This document shows, piece after piece, positions 39,170-52,230 of a stretch of DNA of 64,000 nt. The stretch comes from Eledone cirrhosa (Eukaryota), in contig OZ024742.1 in NCBI GenBank assembly GCA_964016885.1, positions 64,976,001-65,040,000 of the forward strand, read 5' to 3'. Position 1 is the stretch's first letter, and every line of letters starts with the position of its first letter. The notes beneath the pieces are model-generated. The model worked only from the letters and a program-made list of their open reading frames with translations, had not been told where the DNA came from and ran no database searches. A program made the translations under genes and the position numbers.

Positions 39170-39665
39170 CCTACATTTCTTTGTACAAGGGGAAATGTGA
39201 TCCTCCAGACTGTTGCTCTTATAGAGGGATTAAGCTATTAGAACATGAAATGAAGGTGTTTGAAAGAGTGTTAGAAAAGAGGATAAGGAAAAAAATGATT
39301 GATGAAATGTAGTTTGGATTTGTCCAGGGAAAAAGAATAACTGATGCAAGTTTTATTGTGAGGTAGTTACAGGAGTATTGGGACAAGCAGAGGAATTTGT
39401 TTTTTGGGTTTATTGATCTGGAGAAAGTTTTTGATAGGGTTCCATGGAAAGTAATGGCATGTTCATTGAGTTAAGAGTGGAGGAATAATGGGTTAGAGTA
39501 GTGATGACAATGTATTGGAAAGTGTGTAACATGCTGTCTTAAGGATGAAAGACAGGAATAGTGATGAGTTTGAAGTGAAGTTTAGAATGCACCAGGAATC
39601 AGAATTAAACCCACTAGTATTTGTTGTTGTGATGGAGTAACTTGCTCAAAATGTAAAGGAGGGTT
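39170..39665 (+). mobile_element. Old degenerate RTE RT fragment
   Basis: YKGKCDP..C.SYRGIKLLEHEMKVFERV...FIDLEKVFDRVP with stops. Confidence 0.75.
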
Positions 39666-40018
39666 TACACACAAACTATTTCAACCTATTGTGTATTTTA
39701 CTTGTTTTCTTTTATCTACTGCTTCTTTACTCTGTGTGTAGATATTGTCTACATACTTTGAAGTTCATGCCAGCATTCAACCCACACCAATATGAAATGC
39801 CAAGGTCAAAGGATGATAAAGCATACACATATTAGATACACATCTATCTGTCTATATTTTTAGATAGAAAGATAGATTGATTGTTGGTTGGTCCATCTGT
39901 TTGTACTCATGTCTTAAGTAAATGGGCCTTCATCAATTTAAACAGAATATCATTGGCATTAATCTCTTCAGCCCTGAAAGGCCTATGAAGGCTATGGACA
40001 CTGCTCCTTCCTCTAGAC

Positions 40019-40334
40019 CAGTGGTTCCTAACCGTTTGTGCACCATGCCCCATCTCAAAATCTAAAAAATTGTTGTTTCCCTTTGACATGAAAAGTGCAA
40101 TGATCAACTGCCAAGTGTAAACAAATTGGTGTATAAGTAGAGCCAAATGCACAATAACATATAGAAGAGGTGAGACAGGAGTTTCTGACAGTAATGTGTA
40201 CCAAAGTTGCCTTGCTGTAAAAGTAATAAAGTAAAACCTGAGGTTTGTTCTCATTAACATCATTTTCAAATGGCTCCCTTAAATATTCAAATTTGTTCCC
40301 CTGAGGGGTGTGTGCCCCATGTTGGGAACCACTG
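40019..40334. mobile_element. hAT (Charlie-like) MITE with 8-bp TSD
   Basis: CTCTAGAC|CAGTGGTTCCTAAC...GTTGGGAACCACTG|CTCTAGAC. Confidence 0.88.
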
Positions 40335-41270
40335 CTCTAGACCTATCAAATAAAAGCAAACATACTTGCCATCACATATATGACTATGTAATTAGAATCA
40401 GTCTGGATCATGTCAATTTTACTGAATGGGCTGACTAGTAGGCTATGGTCTCAGGCTGAGCTTCTCTCACATTGATCTACCTGTTCTTACCAACAGTTAG
40501 GTGAACTAAGGTAATGCAGAAAATAGTGTTCAGCTACTCTAATGAGAAAGAAAAATTTATTTCTGCATATGGCACCAATATGTTCTAGTCTAGTAAGATT
40601 CACCAAATGATCTGGTGGTATCTATTTGGAATTTGCTTTTCATTCATTTGAGATCAATAAAATGAATATCAGTTAAGAACTGGGGTTGGTTTAATCTATT
40701 TTACTCTCCCCCAACAAATTTGTGGTTGTGAACTTATGTTAGAAATCAACATATACACACACATGCACATATACACATGCACTCACGCAGACACATACCA
40801 TCATCATGTATTGTCTATTCTCATCCAGTTGAATGCTATGGCTGACACAAATGCTATTGGTAATTATCTGCAGCTGTACATAATGGACATTAGAGTTTAA
40901 GGGAGAATAGGCTGCTGTTTCTAACAGGTTCAGTGATCATAAAGAGACTCATTGGCTCATACATCTGTTAGATATTGTTTAGCCTCAGCTTAGCCTTGGA
41001 AGAGCTGACCTATGATCAAAGGTATCCCATCCATGACCATCCTGATTTTTCTGAGTCACATTGGATCTAGAGTCGTATTTATTTAATGCCTTTTTTTGTA
41101 AGACAGTAAAGTATGACTTGAGAGAAATTTAGTTGCTATTTCTAACAGGACAATTGACCACATAGTGACTCCTTTGTTGGCTTGTAAAATTCATTGATAG
41201 GTGTAGGTCTGAGAAGATGTCATCACTGTGCTATTGTCTTATTGTTATCTTTACTATTTATTGTTTGCAG

Positions 41271-41349
41271 GATATGGACTCTTTTATTAGCAAGACAATG
41301 CCTGAGTCAATACGTCTTGGTAAAGATCTCAATCTTGATAGTCCATTGG
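41271..41349 (+). CDS. GLDC: Internal coding exon, probable glycine dehydrogenase (decarboxylating) P-protein
   Basis: T-rich tract and TTGCAG acceptor, 79 nt, GTGAGT donor, phase 0/1. DMDSFISKTMPESIRLGKDLNLDSPL(G) resembles the GLDC segment [26 protein letters not shown] (recalled from memory, not searched). Confidence 0.7.
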
Positions 41350-41403
41350 GTGAGTTCATTGTGTTTCTGATTTTTAATTCCCTAATCATATCCTTGTTTA
41401 GAC

Positions 41404-41577
41404 CAGGGCTGAATTAAGTCCTTTTAAAGCCCTAAGCACTAAAAGGTGTTCCCCCTATATAAAGTTTGCAAGAATCATTTTTATTTTAATAACAAATACA
41501 TAAATAAAATGGTGCCCGCCCCTCTTCTCTTGATGCCCTAAGCATGTTTATTTTACTTAACAGTTAATTCAGCCCTG
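41404..41577. mobile_element. Small MITE with 14-bp TIRs
   Basis: CAGGGCTGAATTAA ... TTAATTCAGCCCTG; no clear TSD. Confidence 0.65.
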
Positions 41578-41795
41578 TAAACTCAAGTTACCTTTAATCA
41601 AGCAGACATGTGGATCAAAGCACTCCACCTATGACCATCTCAACCTTTTTCAGGCTTAGTGTAACACAGTCAATGCTACCTGATGTGTTGCTGTTTAAGG
41701 CTTTAAGATGTAGTTTAACAGAAATTTGGCTGAAAATCCTACCAAGTTACATGATCTTGTTGAAATTTAATTGACATTAATTGTGGTTAAGTCGG

Positions 41796-41984
41796 TTAAC
41801 TCTTTCTTTACTATATTTCCAATGCAAAACACTGTGCTTCAATTAATTTTGAAAACAATAAAACATTTGGAGTAATTTAGTAAAATAACCAAAAAGTTCT
41901 TACATAAAATTATGAGGGAATGTTTTGAAGTTTTGTACACAGAACTAAGGGCAGCTTTAGATGGGTTGGTATCAAAAGAGTTAC
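41796..41984 (+). mobile_element. TTAA-type (piggyBac-like) MITE, family M1
   Basis: TTAACTCTTT...TATATTTCC...TCAATTAATTTTGAAAA...GGTATCAAAAGAGTTA. Related to 43046/51092 and to 51985-52230 (minus). Confidence 0.55.
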
Positions 41985-42672
41985 CCAACTATTTTAATTA
42001 TGCTTCATTATCATCAATGCAAAAAGTAAATGGAACCAACAAAACAAACAACACAGTACAATGAAGAAATATATTGGTTTAACACTTGATAGTGATAGAA
42101 TGAGAAATAAAAGATGAAAGATAGAGAGAAGAGGAAGGAATAGAAACATTTTTTGAGATAATAATTCTTACCCAGCTCAACCAACAAACATATCGTATCA
42201 TGAGAAACATATTTCATCATTTTTGATTTTATTTTTTTGTTAATTCTATATCAACTGCCTTATTGATTATCTCAAATTTTGGTAGCTAGATACAAATATA
42301 ATCAATTTTGATAGTCCATTATATGTAATCAATAATGTTTGTAATCCAGCTTATTTTTATTCAGCTTCTGATCAAGCAGATCATTGATCAAAAGTCTTTC
42401 AGTCATGATTATCCATCTTTTTAGGACTACATTATCAAACGTGTTATTTTTGTATAAAACAGTAAGATGTAACTGAAGGTTTTGGGTGTTATTTCTAGCA
42501 GTCCAAATGGCGATTTGTAGGCTACAATGTTATCGTAATGTTAGGTACAGCTGCTCTACTAACATTTGCTACAGATATTGTTGTAATTAAAGTGTCAATC
42601 ATATGTCAGCTCTGATTTGTGCATCACTAAGTTATCAGCTAGGGGTTAATGTTACTTAAATGTCAACTGTGA

Positions 42673-42870
42673 TTAAAGTGTCACTTGAGTCTCTGCTAGA
42701 ATTAAAGTGTCACTCAGGTCTCTGCTAGAATTAAAGTGTCATTCAGGTCTCCGCTAGAATTAAAGTGTCACCTAGGTCACTGCTAGAATTAAAGTGTCAC
42801 TCAGGTCAGTGCTAGAATTAAAGTGTCACTCACGTCTCTGCTTGAATTAAAGTGTGACTCAGGTCTCTGC
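42673..42870. repeat. 29-bp minisatellite, about 7 copies
   Basis: TTAAAGTGTCACTCAGGTCTCTGCTAGAA. Confidence 0.9.
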
Positions 42871-43054
42871 TCAAATTGGTCATAATTGGCTGCTCATACC
42901 AACATTAAGGTATCGTTCTCAAAATAAATAACATCAAAATCAGATTCAATATTATGTGAGATAAAACCTTTACTGTGAAAATACAAGGGTAAATATAGAG
43001 TAATGTAAATGCTAAAGGGTTAAAGTGCCACTCCCCAAGTGTCAGTTTCATTAC

Positions 43055-44838
43055 TATATTTCCACTGACACACACTATGTAACCCTATTTCCGCTAACAC
43101 ACTACCTAACCCTATTTCCACTAACACACTACCTAACCCTATTTCCACTAATACACACTACCTAACCCTATTTCCACTAACACACACTACCTAACCCTAT
43201 TTCCACTAACACACTACCTAACCCTATTTCCACGAACACACTACCTAACCCTATTTCCACTAACACACTACCTAACCCTATTTCCACTAATACACACTAC
43301 CTAACCCTATTTCCACTAACACACTACCTAACCCTATTTCCACTAACACACTACCTAACCCTATTTCCACTAACACACATGGAGGCACATGGCTTAGTGG
43401 TTAGAGCATTGGCCTTGCAATCGAAAGGTTGTGAGTTCAATTCTCAGACCGGGTGATGTGTTGTTTCCTTGAGCAAGACACTTTATTTCACATTGCTCCA
43501 GTTTACTCAGCTGTAGAAATGAGATGATAGGGACTGGGGTCCATATCATTCCACTGCAAAGTGGTCGTGGAGGTGCCACGGCAAAAAAGCACCCAGCACT
43601 CACTGTAAATGAGGTTGGTGTTAGGAAGGGCATCCAGCTGTAGAAATCAAACCAGAATCAGTTCTCGTCCCACCCTTGCAAGCAGGGAAAAGCGGACGTA
43701 AAATGAAATGATGATGATGACACAGTACCTACCCTATTTCCACTAACACACTACCTAACCCTATTTCCACTAATACACACTACCTAACCCTATTTCCACT
43801 AACACACTACCTAACCCTATTTCCACTAATACACACTACCTAACCCTATTTCCACTAACACACACTACCTAACCCTATTTCCACTAACATACACTACCTA
43901 ACCCTATTTCCACTAACACACTACCAAACCCTATTTTCACTAACACACTACCTAACCCTATTTCCAGTAACACACACTACCTAACCCTATTTCCACTGAC
44001 ACACACTACCTAACCCTATTTCCGCTAACACACTACCTAACCCTATTACCACTGACACACACTACCTAACCCTATTTCCGCTAACACACTACCTAACCCT
44101 ATTTCCACTAACACACTACCTAACCATATTTCCACTAACACACACCACCTAACCCTATTTCCACTAATACACTACCTAACCATATTTCCACTAATACACA
44201 CTACCTAACCCTATTTCCACTGACACACACTACCTAACCCTATTTCCACTAACACACTACCTAACCCTATTTCCATTAACACACTATCTAACCCTATTTC
44301 CGCTAACACACACTACCTAACCATATTTCCGCTAACACACACCACCTAACCCTATTTCCACTAATACACTACCTAACCATATTTCCACTAATACACACTA
44401 CCTAACCCTATTTCCACTAACACACTACCTAACCCTATTTCCATTAACACACTCCCTAACCCTATTTCCATTAACACACTATCTAACCCTATTTCCGCTA
44501 ACACACACTACCTAACCATATTTCCACTAACACACACCACCTAACCCTATTTCCACTAATACACTACCTAACCATATTTCCACTAATACACACTACCTAA
44601 CCCTATTTCCACTGACACACACTACCTAACCGTATTTCCACTAACACACTACCTAACCCTATTTCCATTAACACACTCCCTAACCCTATTTCCGCTAACA
44701 CACACTACCTAACCCTATTTCCACTAACACACTTCCGAACCCTATTTCCACTAACACACACTACCTAACCCTATTTCCATTAACACATTACCTAACCCTA
44801 TTTCCACTAACACACTACCTAACCCTATTTCCACTAAT
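43055..44838. repeat. 27-bp satellite, left part (interrupted by a SINE)
   Basis: Unit CCACTAACACACTACCTAACCCTATTT, with 29-bp variants. Confidence 0.97.
43380..43720 (+). mobile_element. tRNA/CORE-like SINE inserted in the satellite
   Basis: Near-identical to 15227-15575. Confidence 0.92.
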
Positions 44839-47800
44839 AGAGGCCTATACTATCGCTTGCCTGGTTGCCTTTCGATATACGATATATGATGGATGGACGG
44901 ACTGCGGAATCCTGGAGAGTGGAGGTGAGAGAGAAAAATCTGGACGCTCAGCGACAATGCCAAAGATAAAGACAAATTCACCTCTTGGACGAGAATGCGA
45001 GCACTCCTCATTGTTTCGACCGCGGACGGCTAACATAACCCCATCGCCCCCCGCCCCTCACCGCCCCCAACCCCCAAACGCAATCCAAAACCTCAGAGTT
45101 GGTACCATAAATGTAGGCACCCTAAAGGGTCGCGCTAACGAGGTTGTAGAAATGCTTGAACGTAAGGAGGTCGATGTTTGTTGTATTCAAGAGACCAGGT
45201 GGAGGGGTGGGTCTGCTAGGTTCATTGAGGGTAAAAAACGATGTTATAAGCTTTTCTGGGTGGGAAACGACGATGGGCTGGGTGGAGTAGGAATCATGGT
45301 AGCAGAAAAGTGGGCAGATAAGATAATAGACGTAAATAGAGTGAACGACAGAATAATTAAAATATGACTTGTCCTCAATAGAACTACGGTGACAGTAATA
45401 TCTGCGTACGCACCCCAATCCGGACTGCCCGACACTATAAAAGACAGATTCTATGAGACACTGATGCTAACTACCTCCCAAATATCCGACAGTGACTATA
45501 TAATTATCGCAGGCGACCTAAATGGTCACGTTGGACAACATTGTGACGGCTACGACGAAATCCATGGAGGCTATGGGTTTGGTACTAGAAATGAGGAAGG
45601 CTCCAGAATCCTGGAATTCTGTGATGCAAATAACCTAACTATCTGTAACACTAACTTCAAAAAACGTGACAATCACCTGATCACCTATAGATCCGGGGAA
45701 CACACAAGCCAGGTAGATTATATCCTTACCAGAAGACGTGACAGAGTGTCTGTTGTAAACACTAAATCCCTCCCCCATGAAGAATGCACCTCCCAACATA
45801 GACTGATAATTAGCGACCTCATAGTCAGGACGAGACGTACTCGACAACAGAAGAGGACTATCCTCAGGAGGAAAATATGGAAGCTAAAGGACCCCACAGC
45901 CAGGAATAAATTTCAAAGCATATTACTTGATGCTTTCGACAGTAAGGAAGAACATGTAGAGTCGGACAATATAGAGGGAGAGTGGGAATTTCTGAAAGCA
46001 AACCTGCTGTTGGCGACAGACGAAGTCTGTGGCTGGAGCAGGCCTGTAGGCAGGAGGAGAGTAACATGGTGGTGGAACAGTAAGGTGGAGGGGTCAATTA
46101 AGGCCAAAAAGCAGGCTTGGAAAGTATGGCGGGATGGGGGAAGTAGAGAGGACTATCAAGTGGCCAGGAGGGAAGCTAGGAGACAAGTGTACTTAGCAAG
46201 AAGGGAAGCTGAGGAAAGAAAGTTCAAGCATGTTCTACAACGCGATGACCAAAAACGTGAGGTGTTCAGGATTGCTAGGCAATGCGTCAAGGAAAACCGT
46301 GATATTGTCGGGGAGAAGTGTGTACTAAACGACGATGGCACACTTGCCATCACCGACGCTGATAAGAAGGTAGCTTGGAAGTGTCACTATGAAAGGCTAC
46401 TAAATGAGGAGAATAATTGGGAGAAAGGCAGTCTCCCCCATATCGACCCAATAGAGGGACCAGCAGTGTTAGTCGAGGGGAGTATAATAAGTAAGGCAAT
46501 CAAGGATATGAAGACTGGTAAGGCGGCTGGGCCTTCGGAAATAGTTGCTGAGATGCTGAAGGCATCTGGCACGGTGGGACACACCATGGTCACCCGCATA
46601 GTTAACCAAGTCGTACAGAATGGGGTTGTTCCGAAGGACTGGCATAGCAGCATCATCGTTAACTGTTATAAGGGTAAAGGAGACGCCCTAGATAGGAGTA
46701 ACTATAGAGGCATTAAATTAATCGACCAGGTCATGAAGGTCACGGAAAAAGTAATAGCGCAACTAATCAGAGAGAGAATTGACCTAGATGAAATGCAGTT
46801 CGGGTTTGTGTCAGGCAAAAGTACCACAGACGCTCTTTTCATAGTACGACAACTACAGGAGAAGTACCTAGCTAAAGGTAAACCCCTCTACTTAGCTTTT
46901 GTCGACTTGGAGAAAGCCTTCGACAGAGTCCCCCGCTCCATTATCTGGTGGGCTCTTAGAAAACTAGGCGTTGACGAATGGCTTGTGAGGGCTATACAAG
47001 CCATGTATAAAGAAACAGTCAGCAAGGTTAGAATTAACAACGAATATAGTGAAGAGTTTAGCGTAAAAGTTGGCGTCCATCAGGGCTCTGTTCTCAGTCC
47101 ACTACTATTTATTATTGCCCTTCAGGCTATAACAGAGGAGTTCAAGACAGGCTGCCCATGGGAACTCCTATACGCAGACGACCTGACACTCATAGCGGAA
47201 TCAATGGCCGAGCTAGAGAAGAAATTCCAAACATGGAAGCACGGCCTAGAGTCAAAAGGACTTAAAATTAACCTGGCTAAGACCAAAGTACTAGTTTGTA
47301 GGAAAGAAAACAAGGCGGCGGTCCCTTCTGGGAAATGGTCGTGCTCGGTGTGTAGGAAAGGCGTAGGTAGAAACTCCATTTTATGTCCTAAATGCAAAGT
47401 ATGGGTGCATAAAAGATGTAGTGGGATCACAGGTAAGCTAACTAAGAACATAGATTTTACATGTGGCCGGTGCTCTGGTGCAATAAGTAGCAGCAAGTGC
47501 CCACAAACTACTAGCTCTTTCAATTGCGCAGAGGGTTCTATAGAAATAGTGGACAGCTTCCGTTACCTGGGAGATAAAATCAGCAGTGGGGGAGGGTGCT
47601 CTGAAAGTACTGTAGCTAGAGTCAGAACTGGTTGGAAAAAGTTCAGAGAGCTTATACCACTATTAGCTGCTAAAGGGTTCTCACTAAAAATGAAAGGCAG
47701 GTTGTACGATGCCTGCATACGAACAGCAATGCTGCATGGCAGTGAGACCTGGGCATTGTGTGCAGAGGATATACGCAGACTAGAGAGGAACGAAGCTTGC

Positions 47801-48527
47801 ATGCTCCGCTGGATGTGTAACAGTAATATACGTGAACGGCAAAGCATAAACGAACTAAGGAAAAAATTAGAGATAAGAGGGATCAGATGTTGTTTACTCG
47901 AGAGAAGGCTACGTTGGTATGGACACGTGATGCGCATGAAAGTCGATAGCTGTATAACAAAGTGCAGGGCAATAAAGATAGACGGTAGTCACGGAATAGG
48001 CAGACCTAGAAAAACCTGGGACGAGCTGATAAACTCCGACATCACACACTTACACCTCTCCAAGACAATGTCACTGGACCGAGACCTTTGGCGGTACTCA
48101 GTAACAGAGAAGACCCGCCTTACCTAAATATATAGTAAAACCTACTCCAGCCAGTAGGCATCTCTAACAAAATACACCCCGTCCCACCACCACCACCCCC
48201 ACCCGATCCACACCACCCCGTTCTATGTAAAGTTATGTTGGTGCCGCGCCATCGAGGCCGAAACAAATGAGATCGTGTAGGTGTCACGACAAAAAAACAC
48301 ACAGTCCACGCTGTAATGTGGCCGTGTAGGCAACACGGTAAAAACCTCCCAGACCCACACTGTAAATGTGGTTGGTGTTAGGAAGGGCATCCAACTAGAA
48401 AACCTGCCAGACAGTCCTATGCGAGCAAGACAATCACTCTTGCCTCAAGTGGGACTACCCCCGTCCAAACCCATGCAAGCGTGGAACACGGACGTTAAAC
48501 GTTGATGATGATGATGATGATGATGAT
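44839..48527 (+). mobile_element. Near full-length RTE LINE family A
   Basis: ~118-bp 5' leader, APE+RT reading frame 44957..48127, 3'UTR, (GAT)n tail; satellite on both sides. Confidence 0.97.
44957..48127 (+). pseudogene. RTE APE-endonuclease/RT ORF (1056 codons) with one in-frame TGA at 45365-45367
   Basis: ORFs 44957..45367 and 45389..48127 share a frame. Motifs GTINV, CIQETRW, GDLNGH, DYIL, SQH, YADD. Confidence 0.92.
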
Positions 48528-50688
48528 ACTACCTAACCCTATTTCCACTGACACACACTACCGGACCCTATTTCCACTAACACACTACCTAACCCTATTT
48601 CCACTAACACACTACCTAACCCTATTTCCATTAACACACTCCCTAACCCTATTTCCACTAACACACACTACCTAACCCTATTTCCACTAACACACTTCCG
48701 AACCCTATTTCCACTAACACACTACCTAACCCTATTTCCACTAACACACTACCTAACCCTATTTCCATTAACACACTACCTAACCCTATTTCCATTAACA
48801 CACTACCTAACCCTATTTCCATTAACACACTACCTAACCCTATTTCCACTGACACACTACCTAACCCTATTTCCATTAACACACTACCTAACCCTATTTC
48901 CACTAACACACTACCTAACCCTATTTCCACTAACACACTACCTAACCCTATTTCCATTAACACGCTACCTAACCCTATTTCCACTGACACACTACCTAAC
49001 CCTATTTCCACTGACACACACTACCTAACCCTATTTCCACTAACACACTACCTAACCCTATTTCCATTAACACACTACCTAACCCTATTTCCACTAACAC
49101 ACTACCTAACCCTATTTCCACTAACACACTACCTAACCCTATTTCCACTAACACACTACCTAACCCTATTTCCATTAACACACTACCTAACCCTATTTCC
49201 ACTGACACACTACCTAACCCTATTTCCATTAACACACTACCTAACCCTATTTCCACTAACACACTACCTAACCCTATTTCCACTAACACACTACCTAACC
49301 CTATTTCCATTAACACGCTACCTAACCCTATTTCCACTGACACACTACCTAACCCTATTTCCACTGACACACACTACCTAACCCTATTTCCACTAACACA
49401 CAACCTAACCCTATTTCCACTGACACACACTACCTAACCCTATTTCCACTGACACACACTACCTAACCCTATTTCCACTAACACACTACCTAACCCTATT
49501 TCCACTAACACACTACCTAACCCTATTTCCACTAACACACTACCTAACCCTATTTCCATTAACACGCTACCTAACCCTATTTCCACTGACACACTACCTA
49601 ACCCTATTTCCACTGACACACACTACCTAACCCTATTTCCACTAACACACTACCTAACCCTATTTCCATTAACACACTACCTAACCCTATTTCCACTAAC
49701 ACACTACCTAACCCTATTTCCACTAACACACTACCTAACCCTATTTCCACTAACACACTACCTAACCCTATTTCCATTAACACACTACCTAACCCTATTT
49801 TCATTAACACACTACCTAACCCTATTTCCACTAACACACTACCTAACCCTATTTCCACTGACACACACTACCTAACCCTATTTCCACTAACACACTACCT
49901 AACCCTATTTCCACTAACACACTACCTAACCCTATTTCCACTAACACACTACCTAACCCTATTTCCACTAACACACTACCTAACTTTATTTCCACTAACA
50001 CACTACCTAACCCTATTTCCATTAACACACTCCCTAACCCTATTTCCACTAACACACTACCTAACCCTATTTCCGCTAACACACACTACCTAACCCTATT
50101 TCCACTAACACACTTCCGAACCCTATTTCCACTAACACACTACCTAACCCTATTTCCACTAACACACTACCTAACCCTATTTCCACTGACACACTACCTA
50201 ACCCTATTTCCACTAACACACTACCTAACCCTATTTTCATTAACACACTTCCTAACCCTATTTCCATTAACACACTACCTAACCCTATTTCCATTAACAC
50301 ACTACCTAACCCTATTTCCATTAACACACTACCTAACCCTATTTCCACTGACACACTACCTAACCCTATTTCCACTAACACACTTCCTAACCCTATTTTC
50401 ATTAACACACTACCTAACCCTATTTCCATTAACACACTTCCTAACCCTATTTCCACTGACACACTACCTAACCCTATTTCCATTAACACACTACCTAACC
50501 CTATTTCCATTAACACACTACCTAACCCTATTTCCACTGACACACTACCTAACCCTATTTCCATTAACACACTACCTAACCCTATTTCCACTAACACACT
50601 ACCTAACCCTATTTCCACTAACACACTACCTAACCCTATTTCCATTAACACACTACCTAACCCTATTTCCACTGACACACTACCTAAT
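48528..50688. repeat. 27-bp satellite, right part
   Basis: Same unit; produces the spurious (VEIGLGSVL)n ORFs. Confidence 0.97.
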
Positions 50689-50731
50689 AATATTTCAATT
50701 AATTTTGAAAATAATCAAGAATTTTGAGGAG

Positions 50732-50937
50732 TTAAACCTTTAGCATTCAAACCGGCCGCATCCGGCCAGAATTCTCCCACCACCTTCTGTTTAACCCGGC
50801 TGTAACTGGTTGCTCATATTGATATTAAGGTATTGTTCTGAAAATAGATAATATCAAAATGTCATAGATTCGATATTATGTGAGGTAAAGCCTTTTACAT
50901 GAAAATTCAATGGTAAATATAGTGATGTGAATGCTAA
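50732..50937 (+). mobile_element. TTAA-type MITE, family M2
   Basis: TTAAACCTTTAGCATTC...GAATGCTAA. Homologous to 42880-43024 (ends AATGCTAAAGGGTTAA) and 58337-58535. Confidence 0.65.
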
Positions 50938-51984
50938 TAAGTCAAATAACTAACATTTCCCTTATTAAGCTGTTGTTACTTAATAAGATCTTACATAAAA
51001 TTATGATAAAAACTTATAAGTGCAAACACTTTAATAGGTTCAGTTATCAAATTAAAGGGCAGTTTTCAGGTGAGTTGTTACCAAAAGGGTTAAGAATAGG
51101 GGTGAAATATTTTTAATGGACATTAGAAAATTCTGTGACTAGAGACTATAGATTGTAAGGTGAGAGATAGAGAGGGATGAACTTCAGATGACATATAGGT
51201 GACCTCTATTTTAGTTTGGAAGGCAATTAGGGTTTTTGTTCTGGTGTACTGTTTTGAGAAACTGTTGGTGAAGTAGTGTAATAGTTGGTGGTGTCAGTGG
51301 TGGGGTCTAGTAGTGGTTGGTGGTGAGGTATTGTAGTAGTGGTTGGGGGAGTAGATGTTAAGTGTGTGTAGATGGTGTGTAGACAGTTTTGTGTTTGCCT
51401 TTTGTCAGCTATCATTTTTTAATAATGATAATAATAACTGAATTACTGAAAAGAGAAAACAAAAAAAAGACCTAATCTCTAAGTTAATAAATTAAGATAA
51501 AGTTAACCCCCTCTCCTATCATTCTCCTCCAATGTCCTCCTCCTCCTCTTATCATCCATCAAGATTTTGATTTATCTTCAACCTCTCCTTTCCTCTTACT
51601 ATCACCACTAACCTCATATGTGAACAACATTACTTGACCTTAAAACCTTATTTACAGCAGTAACAGAATACTAGAGTTCCAGAGTACCAACCAATCAATA
51701 TAGCATGGCTTGTGAATGAATGAACATATATAGTGTCCTTTCTTTATATTTAATAAAAAAAAATAATTGTCTCCTTTCCATCACTGTAAATTTAGTTTCA
51801 CCGGTTAGATTCCCCAGTAAGAGCTTCACACCTCCATGAATGAAAAATCTTGGACACATCAGTGTTGTATCCTGGAGTCACTGGGTGTTTCAGGTCTTAC
51901 AACATCCCGGTATCCAAGTGGCATACACACTATTGACCTCACTGGTCTGGTCTCATCAGCCATAGCCATCTGCTTTCAATGTAT

Positions 51985-52230
51985 CAACCCTTTTGATACA
52001 AAATTACCTGAAATCGTTCCTGGTTCTACAATGCAAAATTGTCTATTTTAAAGTGTTTCTATGTATCTAAAAACCTTCCACCATAATTTTATGTAAGAAC
52101 TTTTGTTAAGTTATGTTTGAAACACCAGTTTGATATTGAAAAAGCTTTTTCGAAATCTCTCCAAGTTCTTCATTTATTTTCAAAATTATTTGCAAATTAT
52201 AAGCAGTGTTTTTCATTAGAAATATGGAAC
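51985..52230 (-). mobile_element. MITE family M1, inverted copy
   Basis: AACCCTTTTGATAC...TAATTTTATGTAAGAAC...TTTTCAAAATTA...GAAATATGG is the reverse complement of the M1 motifs. Confidence 0.55.

Noticed and set aside
48658-50678. (VEIGLGSVL)n ORFs
   Set aside because: Translation of the 27-bp satellite; the frame is broken by 29-bp variants and there are no splice signals.
43055-50688. CRISPR array or true telomeric tract
   Set aside because: No unique spacers and a eukaryotic context; the unit is 27 bp, not (TTAGGG)n.
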